A DNA stretch of 64,000 bases from IMG/VR virus record IMGVR_UViG_3300010354_000060, positions 1 through 64,000 of that record; one strand, given 5' to 3'. The DNA comes from a virus. This document shows, one piece after another, positions 55,092 to 64,000 of this stretch; the stretch's first letter is position 1; each line of letters opens with the position of its first letter. The notes beneath the pieces are model-generated. The model was given only the letters and a program-made list of their open reading frames with translations. It ran no database searches and was not told the DNA's origin. A program made the translations under genes and the position numbers.

Positions 55092-55330
55092 TAGACTATA
55101 CTATTCTCCTGTAGATATTTAATAGTATCTGTGCATCCACCAATTTTTTCTTGGTCATTTAACATTACTTGAGGAAATGTGGACCCATCCCCGAAAGCGT
55201 TATAAAACTCATAACGGGTGTAGTCCTCATCAAGATAATAAACTTGGTGTTGCAGATTTGCTAACTCTAACACCTGTTTGATTTTTTCGCAATAGGGGCA
55301 ACCGTGTTTAGAATAAACTGTAAATCTCAT
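55091..55330 (-). CDS. nrdC: glutaredoxin
   Basis: CPYC active site, TFPQV, IGGC.D. Confidence 0.92.
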   Translation of the reverse strand: MRFTVYSKHGCPYCEKIKQVLELANLQHQVYYLDEDYTRYEFYNAFGDGSTFPQVMLNDQEKIGGCTDTIKYLQENSIV

Positions 55331-55339
55331 TTCAAGTAG

Positions 55340-55378
55340 TGACGTACTGTGAGATATTTATTCTAACACAGTACGTCA
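55340..55378 (-). promoter_or_regulatory. 12-bp hairpin with a late promoter in the loop
   Basis: TGACGTACTGTG/CACAGTACGTCA stem; ATAAATA at 55361-55355. Confidence 0.65.
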
Positions 55379-55382
55379 AGAA

Positions 55383-58300
55383 TCAAGCTTGTGCTTCCGC
55401 CCAACGAAGAACAAAGTTACCTGTAATATTTGAACCTGTTGTAAGGTAAGCATTAATTGCAAGAACATCAGGTCCATTCGGGAATGTGCCTCTACCACCA
55501 ATTGGGGTATTATTCAATTCCTTCAATTCATTGAGTTCAATGTTTGCCTTATCTACAGCAGTACCAACGAAGGAGAAAACAGTTTCTCCAGGTGCAGCAG
55601 ACAGAGTGTTTGCAGTAAAGGTATAACTAATTGAACCAGCGGTTCCTGAGTTAACAGAGTTTGAGAACTGAATGTAGTTGTTATTTACATCATATTGGAA
55701 GATATTAATAACTCGTGTGCCTCCAGGGACTCCAGTACCAGAAACAAAGTAACCAATACGGGCATTTGCCGTCGCAGTTTTATCAAAAATTTGATACTGA
55801 GTGAAGTAGTTTTGAGTTACTGTAGTTGATGCGCTAAAGGATGCTGCACCACCAGCCCAAGTAATGTTAGATGCGTTAGCAATTTGTGCGAATGATGGTT
55901 GTCCACCTGCACCCTGAGAACTCAAACCAAACCAATTAACCGATGATGGGTTTGTTGGATAGTTGGATGGATTCAATACACCTTCAATAACAACTGCCTG
56001 AGAAGAAGCACCACCTGTTGGAGTGAATTCCAGAGATTTAAGAAGTAACTGTGCTCGGTTAATCAATTCTCTTTGTCCAAGATCTCCAACAATAGCATTA
56101 GAAACACTTGGAGAAAGACGAATCATAAACAGTGTTGATTTTGTGGTTGTAATCGTGTTACCAACCTGCTGATAGTTAAAAATGTATCCACGGTCAGTAT
56201 CAAATAAACCATCGGTGAGGAATGCAGAACCCCAGTGACTGATAACAGGAGTAGCAGTGTTACTTACAAAAACTGCTCCTGTTGTTCTTTGATGCCCTGC
56301 TGCACTACCAGCAGAATATGTTCTCTGTGATCCACCAGCAAAGTTGCTAAAAGTTGATGCTCTTGTTGCACCCGTCAAAGTGTTTCCACTCTTATTTGTA
56401 TAGGTAATCAATTCATTGTCAAGATAAATTGTACCCGATGTTGGATATAGACTTGCATCTACAAGTGGAATTGTATTCTGAGAAGAACTAATCTCTTCAG
56501 AAATTTTAGATTTTGGACCCTCATTAATAACTTCATATCGCACTGGCAGGTTACCAGATCTCATATATGCTTCAGTATTTTTATTATTATTCTTGAGTCT
56601 ATGAACGAACAGATAATTTCCATCAGGACCACGAAGCATCCAGTCAATAAATCCAGCACCATACCAAGTATACTGGAATCCAATCATTTGCATCTTATTA
56701 ATTTGGATATCATATCCACTTGCACCAGTTCCATCTGCACGGTCAAGGTTCCATTGACTTTGTGGAATAATAATATCCTGCACCAAAGATGCTCTTGCAC
56801 CAGTGATAGACGATACTCCTCTATAATCAGGTGTTACTGTCATTGAAGTATTATTTGCAACCGCAGTTACAATATGAGTCATACCACGAATAACAATTCG
56901 GTCCCCAGCAGTTAACTGATCTAAGAATCTTGTATTGGTACCAGTAATTGAGTTGGAATCTGGATCTGCATTAATTGTTCCTGCCAATTGGAAGGTTGCA
57001 GATCTTAATCCAACAGCAAGATTGATTCCATCATATTGCCAGAAGATGCCATTTTGATCGTCAAATGCACCTGCTCTTACAGTAGCACCTTTCCATTTGT
57101 ATAAAGATACTTGAGGAGGTCTCCCCAATGTTGGTGTAGTAGATCCAAGAACGCCTCTTGATAATACTGTAAACGTATTTTCATCAGCAATACTATTAAC
57201 AGTATATGTTCCAGTGTATCCCGAAGTTTCAAGACCACTCAATTGAACTTCTGCACCTACTTGCAATCCATGTTCAGTATCATCCGTGACACAAGTAATG
57301 ACGCTACCAGTTGAAATTCCAGAAGAAGTTACATTTCTCAAATCATAACTTGGAGCAAAAAGACATCCAGTGGTATACATGATACCTTTACCAGATTGAT
57401 AACGAATATATTTCTTTGATTGGCGAACTGCATGTGCTCCATGAGCTGGACCACCAGTTCCTAATTGAACTCCACCATCAAATGGTCTATGAACGTAGAA
57501 ACAATCAGGTCTTGGATAGATTGTTCCAGCAAGTCCAGCTGATGTAATTGTTCCTGTTGACTTCGCACTGTAAACAATCTGATTTGAATTTGGTACGTTA
57601 TCAACAATAAATGGACCTGATGCTAAACTATGACCTGAACCAACACTGGTGATGGCAGAAAGAACTGTATCGCCAGGAACAAGTCCATGATTACTGGAGA
57701 ACTGTACCAAAATTCTTGCCAAAGAACTAAATGATATTGTTGCAGCATCCGCAATCTGACCTGTTGTTGTTTCTGAAATACTGACTGTTGGATAGAATAC
57801 TGCTGCAGTTCCTGCAACAGGTGTTCCTGATGAAGACACAGAAGAAATTGCACCAGGAGTTCCTGACAAATCAATTCCAGTCACAGTCATTGTCAGGTTA
57901 TTCGTTGGTATCACTCCACCAAGTACAGTTCCTGCAGCAAATAATTGATATCCAGGGTAATATCCAGATCCACCATTAACTGGTGTGGCAGTGTATACTC
58001 CACCCTCTTTAGAGATGGAGAATGTTGCTCCAGATCCAGAATTTGTTACACGACGATTTGCATAGAATATATTTCCGCTTACAGCAGTTCCTGTATGAGT
58101 AAACCCTGTAATTCCACCAACAACGTCAACAGAAGTTACTGTAATAGTAATATCATTAGTGACAGAAGATCCGTTGAGTACAGATCCATCAATTGTAATT
58201 ACGTCAGAAATACTATATGAACTTCCAGTTGATGCTTGCCCCGCTACAAAGTTTACAGTATATGTTGTTGTAGCACCACCAACTCTAACAATATCAAAAA

Positions 58301-60404
58301 CTGCACCAAAACCAACACTTGTTGAAATACCACTTGTATTATAATATGTTGAAGAACTTGATATAGCAGTTCCATAAGCATTATCTGGAAAATCTACATC
58401 CCCAGTATTTCCATTAAATGGCACCAAAGCTTTGGTGTAAATATCCGTTACATGTGCTGCAGGTACGGCATATGTAGAAGATGTATATCTGGATAATCCT
58501 ACAGTGAATCTAAAGTCATCAATATAAGCATAGGTTCCATTACTACTATCGTATGCAGAACCAATTCTAATTGCCCTTTGGGGATAATTATTTGAGTCTG
58601 CATAATTAGTGCTCTCCTGAGTACCATTAAGATAAAGTCTTGTTACATTAGATGTTCTTGATAGTGCAACATGGTTCCAAGAACCTGCAGTAATAGTATT
58701 TGAACTTTCCTTAACATCAACACCATTTAAATGAAGAACAAGCGTATTGTTAGTACTAATCTTTAGACAAGGAGAAAATTCTGTCAGCACATTTCTCATG
58801 TCAAAAATGGTTTCGGCAGTACCATTTCTGTTTCTATAAATCCAAAATTCAATTGTAAAGTCCTGTGTTCCAATTTCAAAATCTAAATTAGAAGCACAGG
58901 AGACATAATCAACTCCACCAGAAGTAGGATTCAGAAGAAGGGATGCATTTCCATACTTATACTGCGTTTGAGATAATGCAGCTTCATTTGCTGGAGCAAA
59001 ATACTTTGATGTTGTAAAAGTTGTAATGCCACCACCAGCATCAATTCCCCTAACGTAAATGATAAGATTATTTGTTGGAGATGTGCCACCCAATGAAGAA
59101 CCAAGGGCAACGACTCTATCACCAACTACATATCCATAACCTGTATTCACAACTGTTGGAGTATATCTTCCATTATATCTGTCAATATTAAAGATAGCGG
59201 CTGCACCGTTTCCAAAATTAACATTGGAGGCTGTTATAATGCCAACATTTGTAGAGTTACCAATGGCAACAGCATTATAAGGCGATGATAATGTGAGAGT
59301 ATTTCCATCAATGTTAGTAACAAATGTTGATTTTCCAGTGCCATCATCAATAGCATTACCAATACTAATGCCTGAATTACTGGCAACTTGGATTAGGTTA
59401 GTTGGTGGAACAACATTTTGTGCGAAAACTGTTGTGGCAGATGATGACGTAATACCAGTTACCTGAGTTCCAGTAAGGAGTCCTGCTGCAGTTAAAGGAG
59501 AACCTACAATTGAATTATTAACTCCAGTATATGCAATTCTTGTTGATCCAGTTTGAGTAATTAATTTAGATGTAAATGTTCCAGTATTACCATTAGACTG
59601 AATACTATATGTTGGAGATCCAATTGAAGCTCCAGTATAGAAACCACCCTTTCTTAATTGAGTGTATGTAGCGAATAAAGAATCGCCTGGGTTTACTCCC
59701 ACTTTACCCTTAGCAAAATAGGTAAATGTGGTTGAAGAAATAACAGTCTCTACAATAAAAGATCCTTCTGCTCTTGAAGATCCTCTTATACTTTCTGCAA
59801 GACCAACGATTCTAAATGGACTTCCAGGAGAAAGACCGTGAGTTTCTGTAGTGGTAACACTAATTAAAGATGCACCAACCCCACCAGCAGGGAAACTTGC
59901 GTCCGTAACAACTGCTGAAACTGTAACATCGGATCCAGCAATCTCATAGATACTTGGATATCCACGGATTAAATCAATAGTTTGCCATTTAGTTGGTTGA
60001 ATTCCATACTCAAAGTCAGCGTCAATCATAGATTGCGGAGTTGCAACCCTCATTCTTTCAATAGCATCAGTACCAAAATCATAAGGTCTGAATTTAGTTT
60101 CTTCTACTTCAATAAAAATTGAGATAGAATCTGAAGCACTTTGATCCGAAGTATCAAACTGAAAATGTATAGTTGTTACACCATTTGATGCTGATGTTGC
60201 ATATGGGAACGAAGAATCAAAACTATCACTAAATTCAACTACGATTTTATTCGTTGGATCAGCAAAATTGTAAAGAACTCTATTATCTGTAGTGTTGGTA
60301 ATAAGAAGAATCTGATTCAGTTGGATTTTATCCAACACCTTAATACTACCAGCTCCAGCAATACCAGGAGTAAAAACATAATCTCTAATCTGTCTCTTAG
60401 CCAT
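55383..60404 (-). CDS. large virion structural protein with LamG/ConA-like domain
   Basis: 1673 aa; RPYDFGTDAIER.RV..P.S.IDADFEYG.QPTKW; DFTIEFW...WNHVALSR...LYLNG...IDDFR; RQSKKY.RYQSGKG. Confidence 0.8.
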   Translation of the reverse strand: MAKRQIRDYVFTPGIAGAGSIKVLDKIQLNQILLITNTTDNRVLYNFADPTNKIVVEFSDSFDSSFPYATSASNGVTTIHFQFDTSDQSASDSISIFIEVEETKFRPYDFGTDAIERMRVATPQSMIDADFEYGIQPTKWQTIDLIRGYPSIYEIAGSDVTVSAVVTDASFPAGGVGASLISVTTTETHGLSPGSPFRIVGLAESIRGSSRAEGSFIVETVISSTTFTYFAKGKVGVNPGDSLFATYTQLRKGGFYTGASIGSPTYSIQSNGNTGTFTSKLITQTGSTRIAYTGVNNSIVGSPLTAAGLLTGTQVTGITSSSATTVFAQNVVPPTNLIQVASNSGISIGNAIDDGTGKSTFVTNIDGNTLTLSSPYNAVAIGNSTNVGIITASNVNFGNGAAAIFNIDRYNGRYTPTVVNTGYGYVVGDRVVALGSSLGGTSPTNNLIIYVRGIDAGGGITTFTTSKYFAPANEAALSQTQYKYGNASLLLNPTSGGVDYVSCASNLDFEIGTQDFTIEFWIYRNRNGTAETIFDMRNVLTEFSPCLKISTNNTLVLHLNGVDVKESSNTITAGSWNHVALSRTSNVTRLYLNGTQESTNYADSNNYPQRAIRIGSAYDSSNGTYAYIDDFRFTVGLSRYTSSTYAVPAAHVTDIYTKALVPFNGNTGDVDFPDNAYGTAISSSSTYYNTSGISTSVGFGAVFDIVRVGGATTTYTVNFVAGQASTGSSYSISDVITIDGSVLNGSSVTNDITITVTSVDVVGGITGFTHTGTAVSGNIFYANRRVTNSGSGATFSISKEGGVYTATPVNGGSGYYPGYQLFAAGTVLGGVIPTNNLTMTVTGIDLSGTPGAISSVSSSGTPVAGTAAVFYPTVSISETTTGQIADAATISFSSLARILVQFSSNHGLVPGDTVLSAITSVGSGHSLASGPFIVDNVPNSNQIVYSAKSTGTITSAGLAGTIYPRPDCFYVHRPFDGGVQLGTGGPAHGAHAVRQSKKYIRYQSGKGIMYTTGCLFAPSYDLRNVTSSGISTGSVITCVTDDTEHGLQVGAEVQLSGLETSGYTGTYTVNSIADENTFTVLSRGVLGSTTPTLGRPPQVSLYKWKGATVRAGAFDDQNGIFWQYDGINLAVGLRSATFQLAGTINADPDSNSITGTNTRFLDQLTAGDRIVIRGMTHIVTAVANNTSMTVTPDYRGVSSITGARASLVQDIIIPQSQWNLDRADGTGASGYDIQINKMQMIGFQYTWYGAGFIDWMLRGPDGNYLFVHRLKNNNKNTEAYMRSGNLPVRYEVINEGPKSKISEEISSSQNTIPLVDASLYPTSGTIYLDNELITYTNKSGNTLTGATRASTFSNFAGGSQRTYSAGSAAGHQRTTGAVFVSNTATPVISHWGSAFLTDGLFDTDRGYIFNYQQVGNTITTTKSTLFMIRLSPSVSNAIVGDLGQRELINRAQLLLKSLEFTPTGGASSQAVVIEGVLNPSNYPTNPSSVNWFGLSSQGAGGQPSFAQIANASNITWAGGAASFSASTTVTQNYFTQYQIFDKTATANARIGYFVSGTGVPGGTRVINIFQYDVNNNYIQFSNSVNSGTAGSISYTFTANTLSAAPGETVFSFVGTAVDKANIELNELKELNNTPIGGRGTFPNGPDVLAINAYLTTGSNITGNFVLRWAEAQA

Positions 60405-60429
60405 TGATAATTATCTCCTAATAGTGCGA

Positions 60430-61512
60430 TTAAGAAAGTGCGATTGAAAATACAGCAGCTCTAGCATCAACATAATTTTTGTTGGCAGCATCGGTGCCTG
60501 TTATTGCTGTTCCTACATTTGTAACCCTATTATTTAGAGCGTTGATTGTTCCCCCAACACTCAAATTCCCCGATAAAGTTGCTGAGGTAATATTGATATT
60601 ATTATCTAAGTTTACCGTTGCAACTCTATTATTATTAACGACATTCAGGTTACTATTGAAGTTAATCGTAGTTGCAGCTCCGACTGCAACCCCCTTAGAT
60701 TCAACTGCAACATTTAAACCAGTTACTGATGTAGAAATAGTGCCAACCAAATTCGCAGCATTCACAGATCCACTAAATGCTGTTGCTGTTAAAACCCCAG
60801 TAACAACACCACCATTCTGAACGATTAACTTATTTGCAGTTAAATCATCAAAAGTTGCATCAAGAATTGGCGTAGATACTGTAGTTTTGACTCCATAAAC
60901 AACAAAGTTAACATAAGAATAGTCACTTGAAGAACAAACTAATGTCTGACCTGGAGATAACTTCAGATCTTTTCTAACATATGTTTGACCTGGTTCAATT
61001 GCTGCATCATATTCAAGGAATTGTGATGTAGTAAACCCAGCAAGAACACCTGTAGTAATTCCAAGTCTTGCTACAGCAGGGACAGAATTAAGATTACAAA
61101 CAACAACAGTAGCAGTAGCGTTATATCCTTCTGGAGATGTGTATAAAGTTAACTCAGTTTTTCCTGCAGTCTGAACAGAGGATAAGAATCCAGAGTTTGT
61201 AGAGTCGGATGCTGTCTCACCATACAAAACAAAGTTTGTATTAGGATCACTTGATCTAACAAGAATACTTTGACCATTTCCAAAATAAATAGTGTCAGTC
61301 TCAAAGGTTTCCCCATAATTGATAATCCTGTTATAATGTAAGTATTCCTGATCAACACCGTTTGTGGAGATCGCAACACGGACCTTAACAGGATTATAAT
61401 TTTTATGAGATATGGAAATCTTTCCTTCAACTAAATTCCCAGCAGACGAAGTATACAATGCTGTATCTTTGTTTATAACTGGTATATTTGAAGCGAGTAG
61501 GCCAAATGCCAT
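60430..61512 (-). CDS. virion structural protein
   Basis: Two tandem beta domains, D.ANK.YVD fibre motif, FSIALS terminus; late promoter at 61543-61537. Confidence 0.75.
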   Translation of the reverse strand: MAFGLLASNIPVINKDTALYTSSAGNLVEGKISISHKNYNPVKVRVAISTNGVDQEYLHYNRIINYGETFETDTIYFGNGQSILVRSSDPNTNFVLYGETASDSTNSGFLSSVQTAGKTELTLYTSPEGYNATATVVVCNLNSVPAVARLGITTGVLAGFTTSQFLEYDAAIEPGQTYVRKDLKLSPGQTLVCSSSDYSYVNFVVYGVKTTVSTPILDATFDDLTANKLIVQNGGVVTGVLTATAFSGSVNAANLVGTISTSVTGLNVAVESKGVAVGAATTINFNSNLNVVNNNRVATVNLDNNINITSATLSGNLSVGGTINALNNRVTNVGTAITGTDAANKNYVDARAAVFSIALS

Positions 61513-61551
61513 GAACCTATAATTATAAATTTTAACTATTTATCATTCCCT

Positions 61552-62346
61552 ATGATTGTATTAACAGGTCACGCTGGATTTATTGGACAGAATTTTCTAA
61601 AAAAATTAGAAGATAAAGATGTAATTTTGATTGAAAAAGATGATGCCTTTAGATTTATTAGAGAGTTTGATGCATGGGATAAGGTAGAACTGATTTTACA
61701 TCAAGGTGCTATCTCATCAACAACAGAAAAAAATATTCGCACAATCTATCATAACAATGTTGCATTTACTCTATTCCTTTTAGAACATGCAATGGGATAT
61801 GAGATTCCAATGAAGTATGCATCGTCTGCTTCAGTTTATGGAAATACTCAGGGAGAAATCAATCCACTAAACCAATACGCAATCTCAAAACTTCAGATTG
61901 ATTACTGCGTGTTAGATAACCTTGATAAGTTTCCTTTGATTCAAGGATTCAGATACTTTAATGTCTATGGTAACGGGGAAGATCATAAGGGTGATCAAGC
62001 TAGTCCAGTAAGTAAGTTTACAAAACAGATCAAAGAAACTGGAGAACTCAATCTCTTTGAGGGATCTGATAAGTTTCTTCGCGACTTTGTTTGTGTTGAT
62101 GATGTAGTAGATATCGTTCTAAACAACAATGCCCCAAGTGGAATCTACGATATTGGTACAGGCGAACCTATCTCATTCCAAAAGGTAGCAGAACTGGTTA
62201 CAAAAAAAGAGAATGGTAAAATTAATACCATTCCCTTTCCAGATCATTTAGTTGGTAAATATCAGACTTATACTTGTGCAGACATGAGTTGGTTAGGAGA
62301 GTATAATTTCAAAACTGTCGAAGACTATCTCCTGGAACAACCCTAA
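61552..62346 (+). CDS. hldD: ADP-L-glycero-D-manno-heptose 6-epimerase-like extended SDR
   Basis: TGHAGFIG, HQGAISSTTE, YASSASVYG, PLNQYAISK, RYFNVYG..E.HKG..AS, RDFV.V.D, YQ.YT.AD. Confidence 0.85.
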   Translation: MIVLTGHAGFIGQNFLKKLEDKDVILIEKDDAFRFIREFDAWDKVELILHQGAISSTTEKNIRTIYHNNVAFTLFLLEHAMGYEIPMKYASSASVYGNTQGEINPLNQYAISKLQIDYCVLDNLDKFPLIQGFRYFNVYGNGEDHKGDQASPVSKFTKQIKETGELNLFEGSDKFLRDFVCVDDVVDIVLNNNAPSGIYDIGTGEPISFQKVAELVTKKENGKINTIPFPDHLVGKYQTYTCADMSWLGEYNFKTVEDYLLEQP

Positions 62347-62683
62347 TACTATCAGTTTCAAAGTGCTGAGTTGAGAATTCAAACAACTCAGTATCTTCCA
62401 AAGCAATCATCTGATGTCTCAATCCTCTCCTAACGTGAAATTTGTCACCTTGGGAGAGGATTATTTCGTTGGCATCATCTAAATCATCAATGTCATTATA
62501 CTTAAGGATAATCTTTCCACTTTGAACATAGAAAGTTTCATCTTTAAGGACATGATAATGGAAGGAACACTTACCACCCTTTACAAAATAAAGTAGTTTG
62601 CCACAATACTCTGAGTTGTTGACGATCCATTTCTCAAATCCCCAACCCTTAGATACAATTTTAATTGAAGAATCCTTTGACAT
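62309..62683 (-). CDS. cupin-fold sugar isomerase-like protein
   Basis: KGWG.E.W....YCGK.L...S.H.H..KDETF...H...A...FEFST. Confidence 0.8.
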   Translation of the reverse strand: MSKDSSIKIVSKGWGFEKWIVNNSEYCGKLLYFVKGGKCSFHYHVLKDETFYVQSGKIILKYNDIDDLDDANEIILSQGDKFHVRRGLRHQMIALEDTELFEFSTQHFETDSIRVVPGDSLRQF

Positions 62684-63419
62684 CTTCCTCCGTTAACACA
62701 TAAGTTCCTTGATTTTGAACTGCGATAGCTGCTGCTTTATTCGCCAACAGTATTGCTCTTTCAATACTTTCATAACAAAGATATCCATATACTAAAGCAG
62801 CAAGGAAGGTATCGCCAGCACCTGCCACATCATATACCTTTACTTTTTCTGCAGGATATAAAGTATTATTATATAGACACCCCTCTCCACCTTTGGTAAC
62901 AATCAAATTATCTATGCGGCAATCTTCATTCAATTTAGAATATTCTAAGTCATTGATTTTAATATAACAATTTTCTTTGTTTGGTAAGAGTGTTTTCTTA
63001 CTATCAATAAAGATGGGAACCTCACAATTACTAACAATTTCAAATAGTTTTTGAGATGTAATATACCCTTTATTGTAATCTGAAATTACAACAGCATCAA
63101 AACTATCCGTTGATACTGGTAGAAGAAGAGGTTTTACAATGTCCTCAACATCTACACGAAGAAGTTGTTGATTAGATTTCTCATCAATCATCCTCGTTTT
63201 GATAATCTTTTCGGGGTTAGTAAGGAATGTAATGTGCATATCAAATGACTGAAGATTGAGACACACATTACCCGCCATACCAGATTTCACTTCAGTTCTT
63301 GAGAACTTCATCACAGGAACAGGAGCCTCTGGACTTAGACGCTCACACTTCCCATAGATGTACTCATCCTCACAACTATCCCCGATCAATAATACTTTGT
63401 ATTGTTTTTGTTGAGGCAT
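62661..63419 (-). CDS. hldA: heptose-7-phosphate kinase (HldE/RfaE domain I, PfkB family)
   Basis: R.SPEAPVPV, GMAGNV, ISDYNKG, DV.GAGDTF. Confidence 0.85.
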   Translation of the reverse strand: MPQQKQYKVLLIGDSCEDEYIYGKCERLSPEAPVPVMKFSRTEVKSGMAGNVCLNLQSFDMHITFLTNPEKIIKTRMIDEKSNQQLLRVDVEDIVKPLLLPVSTDSFDAVVISDYNKGYITSQKLFEIVSNCEVPIFIDSKKTLLPNKENCYIKINDLEYSKLNEDCRIDNLIVTKGGEGCLYNNTLYPAEKVKVYDVAGAGDTFLAALVYGYLCYESIERAILLANKAAAIAVQNQGTYVLTEEDVKGFFN

Positions 63420-63777
63420 ATTCTTCTATACGATCAAAAAATACTAATTCAGTTGCGTAATGAGATCCGATTACTGTTTTACCTTTCCAGTCAGACCCAA
63501 CAATCATTATATCAGGTTTTACAATTTTGACAAGACTTTCTAATTGTTCATCACTTGCAAAAGAAAGAACTACATCTACAGGTTTGAGATTCTGTAGATG
63601 AAATATTCTCTCTTGTAGATTATAAACAGGTCTTGATGGTCCTTTCTTTTCTTTGACTCTTTCATCAGTATCAATTGCCACATACAAAAAGTCTCCTAAA
63701 CTTTTTGCATAGCTTAGGAGATGTATATGACCCGAATGAAGTAAATCAAAAGTGCCATTTACAAAAACTTTTTTCAT
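63376..63777 (-). CDS. hldC: heptose-1-phosphate adenylyltransferase-like (HldE domain II / cytidylyltransferase fold)
   Basis: NGTFDLLHSGH, V.ID.D..V...KG..RP, KPD....G.D. Confidence 0.8.
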   Translation of the reverse strand: MKKVFVNGTFDLLHSGHIHLLSYAKSLGDFLYVAIDTDERVKEKKGPSRPVYNLQERIFHLQNLKPVDVVLSFASDEQLESLVKIVKPDIMIVGSDWKGKTVIGSHYATELVFFDRIEEYASTKTIQSIIDRG

Positions 63778-64000
63778 TCGTTAGGAATATAAGCAAGTTT
63801 CTGAATTTCAGGAAGATACATATACTCAATGTCACACCTCTTCAAGGTATTAACACCATCCTCAACAGTCTCAACCAGTGGATCGCCACCAAGATTAAAA
63901 CTTGTATTGAAGAGAATAGGAACTTCACTCAATTTTTCAAAGGCATCAATCAGATTATAGTAGTGTTCATTCTGTTCTGTAGTTACAGTTTGAATACGGC
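63774..64000 (-). CDS. carbamoyltransferase (CmcH/NodU family), C-terminal fragment
   Basis: Hand translation RIQTV..EQN..YY.LI..F......PILFNTSFNLGGDPLVET; stop overlaps the next start. Confidence 0.85.
   Translation of the reverse strand, partial: RIQTVTTEQNEHYYNLIDAFEKLSEVPILFNTSFNLGGDPLVETVEDGVNTLKRCDIEYMYLPEIQKLAYIPNE

Noticed and set aside
1-64000. Stop-codon reassignment, introns, inteins or homing endonucleases
   Set aside because: Core genes are full length under the standard code with all three stops used, and no interrupted genes or HNH, GIY-YIG or LAGLIDADG ORFs were recognised

Overview
This 64-kb window is from a T4-like cyanomyovirus (Kyanoviridae-type cyanophage), AT-rich and read with the standard genetic code, with most genes on the minus strand. 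From left to right it holds: small early ORFs; five 2OG-Fe(II) oxygenases and a SAM methyltransferase interleaved with a ~20-kb tail-fibre and glycine-rich adhesin cluster; four tRNAs (Leu-TAG, Thr-TGT, short-arm Leu-TAA, Gly-TCC); and the baseplate/tail module (split gp5, CP12, hub, tape-measure-like proteins, gp51, gp26, gp54-like, gp4, gp2-like, gp48, gp53). Next come replication and transcription genes (gp32, gp59, gp33, exonuclease, phoH, thyX), speD, a divergent ferredoxin-dependent bilin reductase, glutaredoxin, two virion proteins and the edge of an ADP-heptose/carbamoyltransferase cluster. The most notable signals are: (1) a double glutamine-riboswitch-like leader under a late promoter, ahead of a DUF4278-type peptide and a basic 33-aa peptide; (2) a stand-alone ~60-nt sRNA unit with its own perfect sigma70 promoter and terminator; (3) a modular fibre-adaptor plus swappable N-terminally tagged adhesin array, possibly modified by co-located hydroxylases; (4) a repeated 55-bp A-tract leader; and (5) a bilin reductase with apparently altered catalytic residues. 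All product calls come from motif recognition; no database searches were run.
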